From Azolla caroliniana (lineage: Eukaryota > Plantae > Polypodiophyta), in the NCBI GenBank assembly GCA_043228905.1, contig JBHGNT010000007.1:19034001-19098000 (forward strand): a stretch of DNA of 64,000 nucleotides. Direction: 5' to 3'. The translations under genes and the position numbers were made by a program. Shown here in pieces: positions 1 to 13,975 of this stretch. Position 1 is the first letter of the stretch. Each line of letters opens with the position of its first letter. Below the pieces are notes generated by a model that had not been told where the DNA came from, did no database searches, and saw nothing but the letters and a program-made list of their open reading frames with translations.

Positions 1-441
1 GATTGCTTCGTACACAATAATACCAGTGAGGAGCCAAATGAGTTGTATTGAGAGCAATGCCCCGAGGATCTCGAGGCGAAAGAAACCATAGCTCTGGCGA
101 GGTGTCGCCTCCCAACTCGAAGCCCATATAGCAAACAAAGAGATGGCAAAACCCGCGACATCCGAGAGCAGATGGGCAGCATCGGTAAGGATTGCAAGGC
201 TATTGGATAGCAAACCACCTACAACCTCGACCGCAACGAAAATTAAGCAAAACAATGTGGCGAGGCCGAGTTTCCTGGCCGCGGTTGATCGTGAGAAAGC
301 ATCTTCTGCTCTTCGCTTCTCATCGGAAAAGCCACAACCTGGAGGGCATACCCTCTCTCCGTCTATTCGAATAATTGATTGATCCCCATCCCCCACATTC
401 CCATGTTTCTCAAGCAATGTGGTTGAGATACTGCTCTCCAT
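1..441 (-). CDS. MTP1: Cation diffusion facilitator (Zn-CDF) metal tolerance protein, N-terminal part; runs off the window start
   Basis: Manual translation from ATG at 441: [12 protein letters not shown]...CGFSD...[92 protein letters not shown], which contains the CDF signature of plant MTP1-4. The ATG follows a ttttttcatgtggcag acceptor, suggesting a 5'UTR intron (possible donor near 1346). Confidence 0.93.
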   Translation of the reverse strand, partial: MESSISTTLLEKHGNVGDGDQSIIRIDGERVCPPGCGFSDEKRRAEDAFSRSTAARKLGLATLFCLIFVAVEVVGGLLSNSLAILTDAAHLLSDVAGFAISLFAIWASSWEATPRQSYGFFRLEILGALLSIQLIWLLTGIIVYEAI

Positions 442-505
442 CTGCCACATGAAAAAAATAAGCGATAAAGATTTCCAGCACAATGACAAGAGCATATATA
501 CATAC

Positions 506-555
<50 letters not shown>

Positions 556-3500
556 TTCTTTATATTATCTTCTTGTAAATCACCCTTGATCATCATATAT
601 GCTGTGTATTTGATTGTCAGAATTATGAACAGAAACAAAAGAGAGTGAGTTAAACATGAATTTTCAATAATTTCTTGTTATCTATCAAGGTTACATTGCA
701 TCGGTGCAACATACACACATATACATACATACATACATGTGTGTGTGTGTATATATATATATATATGTCCAAGCAATGGGATACATATGATGAAACTCAA
801 TCGACAAGGGCAAGAAAATGTTGTAAAGAAAAGAAAATTTCCACATTTCACATAAGGAAAAACTAACAAGAAGAACCATGGAAACCTCCATTGAAATGGC
901 ATTGCATTGATAGAATTCACAGAAACGCACAGCGAATACAAGCCACAAAACTGAGTTGAAACCCTTACGAAAATAAGGTTTAAAAAAAGAAAGGCATAGA
1001 AGGTGAAGTCCCCATACACTCGATCGAGATGATCTTACATTTGATTACAAGATTTCTGCAGAGAAATTGTCAAAAAGGGCAAGCCCAGAGGTCATCAACA
1101 GAGCACCAACATTTGATTAAAACCTTTGCACAGGTTTACTGTCAAAGAAGCGTTCACAGAAAAGGTTCAAACTTTAGTAGGATAGGAATCAAAGCAAATC
1201 AAACAATGTCTGATGGGGGGATCCATCCATAGAGAAACAAACGTGGGAAGAGAGGTAGAAGCAGAGGAAGAAACAGAGGAAGAGATGCAAATTTCGCGAA
1301 GAGAAACGAGAATCGTTCTGTTTGTGCTTTAGAGAAGGATTCGAACCTTGAAAGGGCAGAGAATCGATGGCGGAGCTCTTCTCTGCAGAATCAGAGACTA
1401 AAGTAAACGAAGAAAGCAGAAGAGGAAGAAGAACAAGAGAATCGTGCAGAAAAACCCTCAAAATAAATAGATAAAAATGATAATAATAAAATATTTTATT
1501 AAAACAAATTAAAATGTTTAATTAAAACAAATAAATCATTTAATATATAGAAGCCATTTACATGGGACAAATATATAATTTACCCAAACAAAGCAATAAA
1601 TATTAAGTCATAAATATCTCATTATATTCCAAACAAAAAACAAAAGAGAACAAATAAATAATAAGTATTCAAGGGGAAAACAATTTTTAAAATAAATAAA
1701 ACTCTTGATAGCTTCCATTTTTTTTTATTACAATTAATGATCCCAATTTTTTATCCTTTTTTTTTTTACGTATTTTGATTTATTCCTTCTAATTTTATTT
1801 AAATTAATTTTTTTATCCATGCATTTCTTGGATGGATCGATTCCTTGCATCTCATTTTCCTTATATATATATATATACACACACATATATGTATTTGTTT
1901 CTCTGTCTTTTTTATTTTTTATTTTTTATTTTTTATTTTTTATTTTTTATTTTTTGTTTATTTCTATTGTATATTTTTTAGTTTTTTTTAAATCTAAAAA
2001 TATTATGCCCAGCTCATGTTTTTCTTTATCTCCCCGTAAATGCCCTCGCCGAGAAAACCCGGCCCCGACTAAGCCGAAAGAGGAAACAAAACAACACAAA
2101 GTGAGAGATAGACAAGACAGACAAATAGATAGATAGATAGATATCTTGATAGGTAGATATATTTTTTAACATCCACAAGAGACCGATTGTGATCCGAGAT
2201 ATATATATATATATATTGAAGTCTCCCTAGAAGGATCTTTAGGTACGAACCAAGGGCTACAAGGACCGGTCTTTTTGTTTTCCTAGAGGTTTTGTTTGGG
2301 TGAGAAGAGGCGGGGGTCGTGAAAATCCAAGGGCCTTTTTCCGAGAAGTGAATAACAGAAAAGGTAGACGATATTTCATAGAGAGGATCCAATTGACCAC
2401 GTTTCTAACAACTCTCTCCCCTCTCTCGTGGTTTTACCGATGCGACGAAAAACGCAAGGGACACTTCATGTGAATAGGGGGACACGTCAAGTAAATAACC
2501 TGAAAATGCTACCGTATTTCAGTGGCTCCCCCAACCTTTATCAATTTATTGTTTTGTGTTGGTCTATTAATCCCGATCGAGCTTCTTTATTTGTTTAAGC
2601 TTTTGGGCGTTGCGAAGGGTTCTTCTATGGGTTAAAGTTGCTCCTTTGTTTCTTGTCTTTATTATCTACTGTTTAACCTCGTGTTATGTGTGTACCATGA
2701 TCACATGGGTACACATGGCAAAGGTTTTGTAGATAGTCTGTAACCTAAACATAGTTTGTACCATACCAACACACTGACTCACACGACATAGAAAGGTCAT
2801 TAACATCACGTAATCCAAACTTGTGCTTAAACATCAGGCATGCTTTTTGTCCACTCTCCATCCCTCGAATTGAGTGACAATATCAAAATCTATCTTGTTG
2901 TGTCACAAGAACATTGGACGATAGTACTTACGTCAATGTGACTTTTTATGTAGTTAATACGAATGTATGTCACCAACACACACACACACACATGAGTGTA
3001 GAAACAATCAAAATAGATTTTATGAGAGAAATTTCTATGCATTATTAATGGGTTTTCACCATTTTTGGCATAATAACTTTGTGCTATTAAATTTGCACAC
3101 GTTCTTTTAGCCAAGCATTATGTTAGTGTCAGGAAACCACAACGCAGGATGACGATTTGCAAAAATTATTCACAGTATGCTTGAATTAGAAACACTAGAA
3201 AAATAGGTCATAAACATGCCCACCATTATCACGAGAGACACAATGAACATAAAACTATCTTCGGAGGAAATACCGAACTAATTTTAATATGGATTAAAAG
3301 CTATAAATTCACACAAAATGAAAAGTTATATATAATAGGATTTCAACAACATAGGCATCATGGTTATATATAGCCTATAGTTCAAACTTTATTCAAAATG
3401 ACTTAGAGACATTAAGGAAATAGGTTGTGAGCATTCCCATGTCATGAGAAAAATAACAAACATAAGGGGATCCTCATAAGGAAAACCTAAATAGCCAATA

Positions 3501-4779
3501 TGGATAAGAAGTTATAAATCCACACACACATGGAAAGGTTATATATCATAGCATGTGGGACATACCAACACACACAAACTAGGGTTATATATAGCCTCTA
3601 TTTCAAATCGGATGTCAATTTGACATTTATATGTTGAATGTCACATGCACAAAGGTTATATATAGTAGATATACTTCCAATCTTATGGTAAAAGGGCTTT
3701 ATGTGAGTAGGTATGTACACCAGGTTCTAAAAAAGAGGACGACATTTGTTGCTTCCGTCATTCATCAAACGATATAATAGACAATCATGTGCCAAAAAAC
3801 AAGAGGGTGCACGATTAAGATTATAAAATTGTGTTATGGCTATACACTATTATGTTTTCTCAACAAAAAGGTGTGGGTTGGTGGAATGATATGGGTCTAC
3901 CTAATCTTGATTTGGAGAAGAATCAGATGTTGTCCTACAGTTTGCACATGCGTGTATGGTTTGTGTTATGCTTTGCATGCAACTTGTAGATTATGCAAGG
4001 GATATGAGAGTGGTGTGAGGGTGAATGAACATGGTTATTATCATAGGTCATGACGACATGGAAAACATCCATTGCAACTTGTCGAGATGTAATGACTCTA
4101 GCGACATTTTCCAAACTCTCATAAGAAGCAATATGTGACACTAGTTGCATTAGCTAATGCAAGGGTTGGATGCAAGTTCGTGCTTGTGATAACCATATAA
4201 ATGGTCATCATATGAATAGAAAACATAATTGCAAGAAGCAATATTTGAACTCACAACTTTGTAGAGGAAAGACATACACCTTTGCTAGGACATGCCCTTA
4301 CAACAAAAGGTTCAAAAACACTTAAAAACCTAGATACATGTGCAACAATTCTCACAATCTTTTCTTTAAATTAGGGATCATAAATGTTAGTTTAAAAGTC
4401 AAGACATATATATGTTGCAACTCATTCTTGTCAAACCGTTTTTGCTCAACGCTAGTCTCGATCCTTTTAGATATTTGTCTCATGTTCTTCCTTGTTTTTG
4501 GGATATTGCATTCATGATTATGTGTTCGATCTCTTGCTAGCTTTTCATGTATTTCTTTTGTATTGCAACAAACTTTCCTTGTTTCCTTCTTACTTGAATT
4601 CATGACCGTTTAAACTTGAATTCAGTAGAATGTTTTAATGTACTTTGAATGTAAGTTATTCTTTTTGCACATTTGTATTTCTATTAATATGGAGGTTGTG
4701 ATATGAGAAACAAGCAAGTCAACAGGCTCAACAACTTGCTCAAATATGTCAACAATTGCAAGTAGATAACCAAGAACTT

Positions 4780-5600
4780 GAAGAGAAAGTAACTTCGCAT
4801 GCATATGCATGTAGTCTAAAGTGAAATTATCAAAGTCTAAGATTAGTTTACCTAAGAAAGTTGATGAAACTTAGTCTAAGCTCCATGAGCTACTAAATAA
4901 ACCCCAATAGATTATCAATCCCCATCCTCATCAATATCTAAGTTATCATGCCATAGTTGGTCAAGTTGTTGCTCTCTTTTCACGAGACAATCTTTGAGTT
5001 AGTTTGCATTGTGGCATAAGAGAGGCAACACGATATTTAAGAGACATGGCAATATGAGGCAATGTTTCATCCTATTTCTATATATGATTTAGAATTTCAT
5101 CCCTAGTTCTTACCTCAAGAAAGGCACTCCCAAGAACTTACACTTTAGGTTTAGAAAGGCATTTCTTATCACCAACTACAATAAAAAGATAAAGAATAAA
5201 TCAAGGTACAATTGATGTGAAAGGTAGATCATGGCAGGAGATTGGAAGACATTTCATTTACAACAATATCCCTTCCAATGTGATAAGAAGTAACCATCCC
5301 TTTTCATGATTCTTGAGGTTGCAAATGACAGTTCAAAAATGAAACATCCTAAGTATGAAGAACAAGGAGATAACAATGACTTTGGATACATTGCATGTGC
5401 ATTGTATCATTGATTGTTGATGGTTGGGAGGACATTGAAGGAAGGCCCATACATGGAGTTATTGTATGTTGTTGGGGCATGATTTATTACTTGAATTCAT
5501 ATGACATCACAAAGGATGGTAAATTTAAAATAGATTTAGTGATTATTTGGAGACAAGAAATAAAAGAAGTTAACCATAATTTGGATTTGCTTTAGTGAAA
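4780..5600 (+). mobile_element. Degenerate hAT-superfamily transposase relic (DUF659-like)
   Basis: Fragments LTSRKAL and VSLIVDGWEDIEGRPIHGVIV resemble the hAT '(S/T)DGW' catalytic region; many stops and frameshifts. Confidence 0.5.
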
Positions 5601-5699
5601 TATGCCCCTATTTTGCTTGATAAGTATCGAAATCTTATTGATGTTTTTAACAAAGTAAGCTTCATGAGTACCATACTTATGATTTACACACCTAAATCC

Positions 5700-7215
5700 C
5701 TTGTGCTTGTACCATGAAGATAACACCTTAGATTTTTACACTCATTAGTATCTTGTCATAAGATAAAGATGACCATAAGCTACACCCAATCACCTATAAA
5801 TAATGAAAGCTCCTTCTTGTTGAAACCACGTATGTTATTTATGATGAAGAACTTCTAATGAATATTGGTTTTCTCCATAAGTGGCAAAGATTTCGTGAAG
5901 GCTCCTCTCACTCACTACAACATACATTGATCATTGAAACTTGAAGTATTTTCAGCTTGCACAAGTGCTTAATTGTTGCCAAGCATGATAGCGTACACAA
6001 AAGTTATTGCTCTTTGATTTCATCTTCAAAATTTGGCCTATCAAACTTCAAGGGAATTTGGATGCTCTTTCTCGCCTATATTTAGAACCTAGATAATGGA
6101 GCCAACATTTGATAAATAATCCTAGGTAATTGTTGGTCTCAATTGACCAATACTATTGCATGACAATGCTCTATGGGTTTGGGTCTTACTTTAGGCTTTA
6201 CCAATTCCAATGGATCCTTGGAAGATCATTCCAATAGATTTCATTATAGAGCTCTAATCTTCCTCGCACCATGATGTCATCTTTCTTGTCATCAACACCT
6301 TCCAAAATTATGCATTTCATTCCTTGTAGCACATCTATCTCTATTGAAGCTACAACTTATCTCCGTTTACAAATAACATTGTTATTGGTTATGGCCTTAA
6401 TTTGTTGCCGGTTTTTGGAACTACCTTTTGCAACATTCCACATGCATATGGAATTCTCTCTATCTTTTATATGTACAACACTCGAGACCAATGAGTACTT
6501 AAAACATATTAATAACACTCTTGAGCATTATTGAGATGTGTCTTCTATTACTAGCAATATCATTGGGTCGTTTGCATATCCTTAGAAGAATTTGCGTGAA
6601 AATTTTGTGTCCATGCTTATTATAGGCTAGATGTTGTCATCTGTAATCTTGAAGCTCCTACTTAATGGTCTTTTATCAATCCAAGGTATGATTCAATCTA
6701 TACCAATTGATACTCAATCCAAGTTTTTCTCACTCTAGTTTGATATTCAACATTACATTCTTTAGGCCCAAGCACATATCAACATCACTAAGATGCCCCA
6801 CCTTTAACAGTTGGCAACCTTGTTTGACTCTTGCAATGGGACTTCCAACAAATCATCCCTACAACAAGCTTACTATATGTGTGGGGCCTTATTTAATCAT
6901 CCACTAAGTTGGTGATGTTTTTTTCTTTGTTTGGAGCTTCCACCTTTGATTTATCTTCAGCAAGTGTTCAGTTTCTTTTTGTTGGAATGCTACATGGAAA
7001 GTCCCCTTGTGGTCGAGTATCACTACTTCTATTGTTAGTGACAATTGATGATCATGAAAATTTTGATGTTTGAGTAAATTTGGACTCCAAGTTCTTGAAG
7101 TGTCATCTTTATATTTATTGGATTGGGAAGGCTTTTCTCCTTGCGACTATACTTCAGAACCTACAAAGAATGTTGCCAATATTCTTGATAGAGTTGCAAA
7201 ATTCCATCACCAATC
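5700..7215 (+). mobile_element. Degenerate Ty3/gypsy (chromovirus-like) integrase and chromodomain relic
   Basis: GLL*ALPIPMDPWKIIPIDFIIEL near 6180-6255 and a chromodomain-like DWEGFSPCDYTSEP near 7120-7165. Confidence 0.65.
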
Positions 7216-7418
7216 ATGTTAAGTAATTGTAGTAAACTTCACTCCTCACACACTTCTAATGGCATCAACAATAGTACAAAACCCCAAAGATTTGTTGTAA
7301 TGGACAAACTAGCAACACTGGAAGCTAAGATAAAAGGGCATTGTGGCAAGACAAGCGTGAAAAAGTCTAATGTCAATGTAAAAAACTATAAGGGCCACTT
7401 TCTATAAGCTAGTTAAGA

Positions 7419-7474
<56 letters not shown>

Positions 7475-8864
7475 AATGATTAAGTTCTTAATTCTTAATT
7501 GCTCAACCTTAATCTAACTTGTATTAGTGTGAGCTTGATTAATCAAAATCATTGTTTATTCCTCTTCTTGATTCCATTGCCTTTAATCAAGTTGCAAGAT
7601 GAGAGAGTAAGTATAGATTTCATCTAGGTATGAAACATGATCATTAGAAGCTTAGAAGTGATTGATAACCACTTCTACACATTTCATCAACAAAGGGGTA
7701 AGTGAATCTCCAATTCCACACCACCTTGGAAAGGAGGAAGAACTCCAACCAAACACCTTCAAGCACTATACAAGTCTTCGTCACTCATTTTGGGGACTAG
7801 ATCTTCTCTTGAAGCTTTTGGTGAGGTTTTTGTAAACTACTACAATAAGGTTGCGTGTTTTAAAAAACACCCTCAAGAATGGTACAACTCTTTGGCATTG
7901 ATTTTGGGAACTATATCATATTTTGAAGTTATTTCATAAGCACTTGAGGAAAATGATCTTGTTGAGGGAGGTGAAGAAGTTAAACACAAAGAAGAAAGTG
8001 TGCATTGAGCATAACAATATAAATTGAGCATTAGATCGATAAGATTAATGATATATTGTATAAAATTAAAATAGTAAACTAATAAGTTTAGGTTCCTTGA
8101 TTGTCGCAATTCCATTTGTTTAGTACTGTTTTCAGTTTCTATTAGTTTTGTGCTAAATTTTTCTAGCCACTGATTATTACCACATATTTCACACAATTCC
8201 ATTTGTTTGCCTTTGATTATTACCATACTTTTTCCTATGGCCATATTTTCCCATTAATACCATATGTGCTCGACCATAATTAATGAGAAATTCAAAAATT
8301 AATATCATAAGTACTTGCCAAGACTTAACACCATTAATGAGACATTCAAGACTCTATAGAAAATATTAATGTTCATATCCAATGGGGCAATGTAAGACAC
8401 ACACATACATACACACAAAGAGAGATTTGAAAGATGTTTTATGCAAAATTATGATTAAGTATTATTGCAATTGGTTAGAGTCTACGATTGTTAAATTGGA
8501 AGTAATGGGTTTGAACCTTGGCTAGAGTAAAATTGAGCTTATAATATAATTTGTTTTGTATCATACATGACAACCAAAAATAGTAATACGAGCTACAAAA
8601 GAAACTCATTTATGGGAGTCTAGTGAGAAAAGAAAGGGATCTCACTCATTGTGATAAATCCTTAATTAATTGAAATTATATTGTAATTTATTGTGCGTTA
8701 AACATGTGTCAACAATGAAGAGATTGTTTAGGTGTGAAACGTGAGTTTATGATTGAAGAGGGTAGACAATGAATAGAAATAAAAGTCCATCAATGAAAAG
8801 AAATAACATTGAAATAAATGCCTAGAGTTGAGAGAGCTAGGAGTGAAAAGCGTGTGATTGTAAA

Positions 8865-9450
8865 ATGAGGGCCTAGAAGTGAAGAGAGGTAGGGGCCAAA
8901 TGGTAGCCTAGAGTCCAAAGAACTATGAATGGAGATGTCTCTCTTGTGTCGGAACCCATCAAGAGAGTTAGGGTAAAAGAGTGTCTAGTAGTAAAATGAT
9001 GGCCTAGAAGTGAAGAGAGTTAGGGGCCAAATGGTAGCCTAGAGTCCAAAGAACTATGAATGGAGATGTCTCTCTTGTGTCGGAACCCATCAAGAGAGTT
9101 AGGGTAAAAGAGTGTCTAGTAGTAAAATGATGGCCTAGAAGTGAAGAGAGTTAGGGGCCAAATGGTAGCCTAGAGTCCAAAGAACTATGAATGGAGATGT
9201 CTCTCTTGTGTCGGAACCCATCAAGAGAGTTACGGGTAAAAGAGTGTCTAGTAGTAAAATGATGGCCTAGAAGTGAAGAGAGTTAGGGGCCAAACGGTAG
9301 CCTAGAGTCCAAAGAACTATGAATGGAGATGTCTCTCTTGTGTTGGAACCCATCAAGAGAGTTACGTGTAAAAAAGTGTCTAGTAGTAAAATGATGGCCT
9401 AGAAATGAAGAGAATTAGGGGCCAAATGGTAGCCTAGAGTCCAATGAACA
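8865..9450. repeat. Tandem repeat, ~131-bp unit, ~4.5 copies
   Basis: ggcctagaagtgaagagag...gtagtaaaatgat recurs at about 8870, 9001, 9132, 9264 and 9396. Confidence 0.95.
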
Positions 9451-10099
9451 CCAGTTATCTCTCTTGCTTTGAAACCCTCGTGGCTTTGTTGAACTCTCAT
9501 GTACATATTGAATTTTGGCAAAGTGCCTTTCCATTAGGCCACGAGAGCATGTAAAATATCATATATTTATCTGTATCTATATCTTTGCATATTGATTGTA
9601 ATTTTGTGTTGCATATCCATACTCATCATCCTTCTCCTCAATATGATAATTCGTTGTTTGTTGTTTGCAATCTCTCAATCTAACTATCAAGTCTTGACTC
9701 TTAACTCAACAATCAACTACTAGTTATTGCTTGTCTCTTGAAAACGTGCCCGAAGCCAACGTGAAAGTAAAGTCAAATGTTGATGCCACATTAAAGTCAA
9801 GTTATATATCAATTTAGATGAGGACAAGTTCATTATGTTAGAGCCAATATTGTTGACGTGAAAGCTTGAGTTAGCTATTAGATTATAAATTATAATAATG
9901 TATAACTTTTATTTCTAGCATTTTTTATATTTAGAATATCATAACTAACTTCTCATATGGTATTATAATGTGGTTATAACTTATAATCATTTGTTATTTT
10001 GTATATATGAATCATCCTATCATAATGAGAAAGCAAAGTGCCTTCATCTTCTCTTGTACTTTATCCTCCATCATCTCTCTTACCTAATTCCTTTGTCTC

Positions 10100-11050
10100 C
10101 TATATCGAAAGCCACACTTGGTCCGTGGAAAAGTAAAGACCTAGTTATGAGGGAGGGAGATAATCATGCATCTAAGTGATCCATAAGTTGATAATCTTAG
10201 AAAAATCTGAATTCCACAAAAGAAATGTGGGATCACTTGAAGCAATTACACCACCAAAATCTTCTCATATTGAATCTTGACGAACATGGAGATGTTTGAA
10301 GGAGAACCGATTGACACCATCATTAGTAATTTGACCGAAAGAATTAGATATGGCCATCACGAATGATAACATTATTGATGAAACATCAAAAGCAATATCA
10401 CACCTTGTGATGGCACTACCAAAATCTTCTCATATCAAATTTTGACGAACATGGAGAGGCGTGAAGGAGAACGAATTGACAGCATCATTAGTAATTTGAC
10501 TAAAACAATTAGACACAATCGATAACATCATTGATGAAACATCAAGGTGCTTTACCATCATCTTAGGTCACATTTGTAAGCAGATGAAATTTTCAATCTG
10601 CAAAATCTAATAATAAAAATCAAACTAGAGGGATTGTGAAGGAAGAAACTAAATGGTCAATCTAAACCTAGTCATATGGCTAAGGCAATATAATCCACAA
10701 ACCAAAAGTTCAAAAGTTCTCAATATCTACAATTATATGTAGGTATCTACAATTTTGGATGTGACTTTAGAAAGATACAATACAATTGAAGAGGAAAAGG
10801 AGGAAGATTTCCTCGACAAGCACATAGTGCTTCATTACAACTCTCTAAAGGGAACCATGAAAAGAAGAAGACAACTGCATTCAAGCATTCACGCGTGAAG
10901 TAGATGATAGAAAAAGAAATCAAACAAAAACAAATGAAGAAATACTTTCACAATCGTCTATGACAAATATGGTTTCTACATTCTATTTCTACAACAATGA
11001 TGCGGGTGGATTTCTTGACGAAACCAGTCAATGGGTCATGAGCTTGATGA
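10100..11050 (+). mobile_element. Degenerate copia-type gag relic
   Basis: KEMWDHLKQLHHQ motif, an internal duplication, frames heavily disrupted. Confidence 0.4.
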
Positions 11051-11534
11051 GTTGGGCATTTTCTCCACTTTGCAAGCAAGCAAAAGACTTTAAATTAAAT
11101 CCCCATCATTAGAACACCATTGTTTCTTGATGCAAGCAACCAAGCCTAGTAGGTACAAATATTACACGAAATTCATTGTATGGTGCCAAATTCTCGCATT
11201 ATATATCAATATGCTCCATAGATGATGTGTCTACTACTAGCATTTATCACATTTTTCTTCTAATTTTCACTTGTAATCAAGTTTAATGTAAAAAAATCGA
11301 TGGTTGTAGCATGATTACACTATAGTTCTGATCATGATTATCAAGGATTTGAGCTTGATATTGTGTGACATGTTAATGTTTCACTATGCAACCTAAGCAC
11401 GAGCAAAGATGACAAAGTTTAATTGTGAGGTTCCTTGTGGTTCCAAATTTGGGAGGTTTTTGATTCCTCATCGACTTGATCTCCATCTCCATGACATACA
11501 ATTAGTTAGTAGTAGTCCAATCTTCTGAAATCAT

Positions 11535-11650
11535 ATAGATAGATAGATAGAAAGACATATTAACGTCTTCTAAGACCAAAATTGACCCATGAGACAATTG
11601 GTTTACAATAAAAAATGGGGTATTTACCCATTCATTGAAAGTGAAAATTG
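11535..11650 (-). mobile_element. 5'-truncated LINE 3' end with (TCTA)n tail
   Basis: Homologous to 53828-53915; absent from the paralogous flanks at ~26010-26040 and ~28720-28745. Confidence 0.7.
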
Positions 11651-11680
11651 GTATAAAGAGAGGTTATGGAAGGCAAGATA

Positions 11681-11831
11681 AGCTCAAAAATGGGTGCAAC
11701 ATGACTTCAAATTGTCAAGTTAGTACTTTAGCCAAGCTAGGCTACCATGCACTAACCTCCTCATAGCTCTCAAATTGTCAAGTTAGTACTTTAGCCAAGC
11801 TAGGCTACCATGCACTAACCTCCTCATAGCT
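11681..11831 (-). ncRNA. Pol III box C/D-type RNA, copy A (probably a pseudogene: 63-bp internal duplication, box D mutated to TTGA)
   Basis: USE ATCCCACATTC at 11899-11889, TTATAAAT at 11865-11858, +1 68 nt after the USE start. Reads AGCT-ATGAGGA...TAGCC-TAGCTT-GGCTA-AAGTACTAAC-TTGA...TTGAAGT...TGCACCCATTT-TTGA-GCT. Confidence 0.6.
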
Positions 11832-12575
11832 CGTAGCAAAATTGTCATTCTTATCCAATTTATAAGCTTGGTTTAGTTTAAGCCTTCTGAATGTGGGATA
11901 AATTTAGATAGGAAAGCCATTGTTTGGATGTACCTTCCTTACCCTACAGGCACTTCTCAGGACCTGAGTCTAAAAGATTTTTTCCTCTTCTTCTTGTCTT
12001 CTTTCCATGGAAATTTGCATAGACAATCCATGTAGTAATGTAGAATACATAAGTAATCATATACATGGATGTCTAATTAATAGTCACACACACTCTTTTT
12101 TGGTCATTGTTAATATCTAAGTCACGATGACTATTCCATAGAATTTCTTCTTCCATTTCTCAAGTTGAAAGAGTTCAACTAAACACATGGTAGGTAACTC
12201 GCAAAGGACAACTCTCTAAGGAGGGATACTACGTGTGGCGATTATTAATTGTATTTGAATCCCACACTTGTTCCATAATCACTCAATGTGCCAACACCAA
12301 GTGTAGCATAGCTTCTTGCATTTCTCAATTACATGCGCACAATGTGTAGTTCTTGCATCTGGTGAATGCACACAATAAATATGAAAAAATGGTGACGTGC
12401 TTTGATTCTACCGTTGGTTCATTGCATCGACAAATGACGCAATTGTGAAAGTTGTTGGTCATGATATGGTCACCACAACTCAATTCCACTCTTTCCCCCC
12501 CTTTTTTCAAGGAATTCATGAAGTCTAATATTTTTTACAAAACAAATGTTTCATGGGACCAACTTATCTTTTAGT

Positions 12576-12754
12576 AGCTCAGGTATGGGCACATCATGTC
12601 GTCGTTTAGAATCAATTTAGTCAAGTATCCAGACACATCATGTCATCATTTAGAATCAATTTAGTCAAGTATCCAGACACATCATGCCATCATTTAGAAT
12701 CAATTTAGTCAAGTATCCAGGCTAGGGCTGCAATGCACAACTCTCCTCACATTT
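12576..12754 (-). ncRNA. Pol III box C/D-type RNA, copy B (degenerate; 44-bp guide-D'-C' segment triplicated)
   Basis: Degenerate USE ATACCACACTC from 12821, TAATAAAT at 12787-12780, +1 at 67 nt. Box C GTGAGGA, D' TTGA, a perfect C' ATGATGA in the middle repeat, and box D CTGA-GCT at 12582-12576. Confidence 0.6.
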
Positions 12755-13161
12755 AGTACAAGGTTGATGTCCTCGTCTAATTTATTAACTTTGTTTAGTT
12801 TGATATTTCTGAGTGTGGTATACGTTAAACTCTTGTTATTAGCTAGGGAAACCATTTTCTATATGCACATGTCATCCCCATGTCTCTTCAAACATGTCAT
12901 CCCGTATCCATACAACAATCGGTTGGGATGCATGGATTCCATTCTCCATCTTTGGTACCCTTGGGAACTCATGGATATGTCATTTTCGGTCCATTATCAA
13001 GACAAGAGTCCTAAAGCTCAATCTTTTCCTCTTGCTCTCGACGACTCAAGTTCGAATCGAAGCTAGTAGGTAATGGACAAACCATATATATCTTCTCCTT
13101 ATATCATCTTTTCCCTTGATTAAGACAAACATGATGGTTCTCAAGTATAGCACTACTTTAT

Positions 13162-13975
13162 TGACGGGAACTCAACGCTCCTTATGCGCAACGCTCGGCC
13201 ACAACCGAGCTTAGAATGATACACAGAAAACGGGAAATAAAACGTGACACAAAGAAGAGATGAGTACGCAGGATGTTTAACGTGGAAAACCCCAAACTAG
13301 GGGGAAAAACCACGGCAGCCCACAGGCTGCAAACTGTCACTATGTAAGAATATATAACAGTGAGTTCACTGAAGCAACGACCTCGTGCTCACAGATCTTC
13401 ACCACAGGCGGCGGTTACAACAGAGGCGACGACCTCTTTCTCTCTCTCTCTCTCTCTGTACACTGTTACACACTCACTCTATTCTTGCACCAACAAGAAT
13501 GACAACAACCAACAACAGTAACAACAGTTTGCCCTAAGTCATATTTATACTAATATGACTTTTCGGCTATTTACAAATATAGCCCTGATGGACTCTCAGA
13601 AACATATTTACGAATATATCTCCTCATCCGGTCTTGACCGGGTCTGTATCATCCAGCTCTCTGTAGCCAGGTACTCCTCATCCGGTTCATACCGGGTCTA
13701 TACCATCCGGCTCTCCGTAACTGGGGACTCCTCATCCGGTCTTCACCGGGTCTGTATCATCCGGCTTTCCGTAGCCAGGTACTCCTCATCTGGTTCATAC
13801 CGGGTCTGTACCATCCAGCTCTCCGTAGCCGGGTCCTCCTCATCCGATTTATACTTGGTCTGCACCATCCGGCTCTCCGTAACCGGGTCCTCTTCATACG
13901 GTTTCGGCCTCGGCCGAGTTTGTTCATAGGCACTGTTCTTCTCCCTTCCCATCCGGAGGGACTTGTCTCCCAACA
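13162..13975. mobile_element. Solo LTR (814 bp) with internal ~54-bp degenerate tandem repeats
   Basis: TG...CA ends with TTTAT TSD at 13157-13161 and 13976-13980; the empty-site sequence is seen in paralogous flanks at ~26460 and ~34485. Confidence 0.8.

Noticed and set aside
3505-3562. USE-like GTCCCACATGC on the minus strand with a TATA ~44 nt away
   Set aside because: It lies in a degenerate local repeat with no recognisable snRNA downstream.
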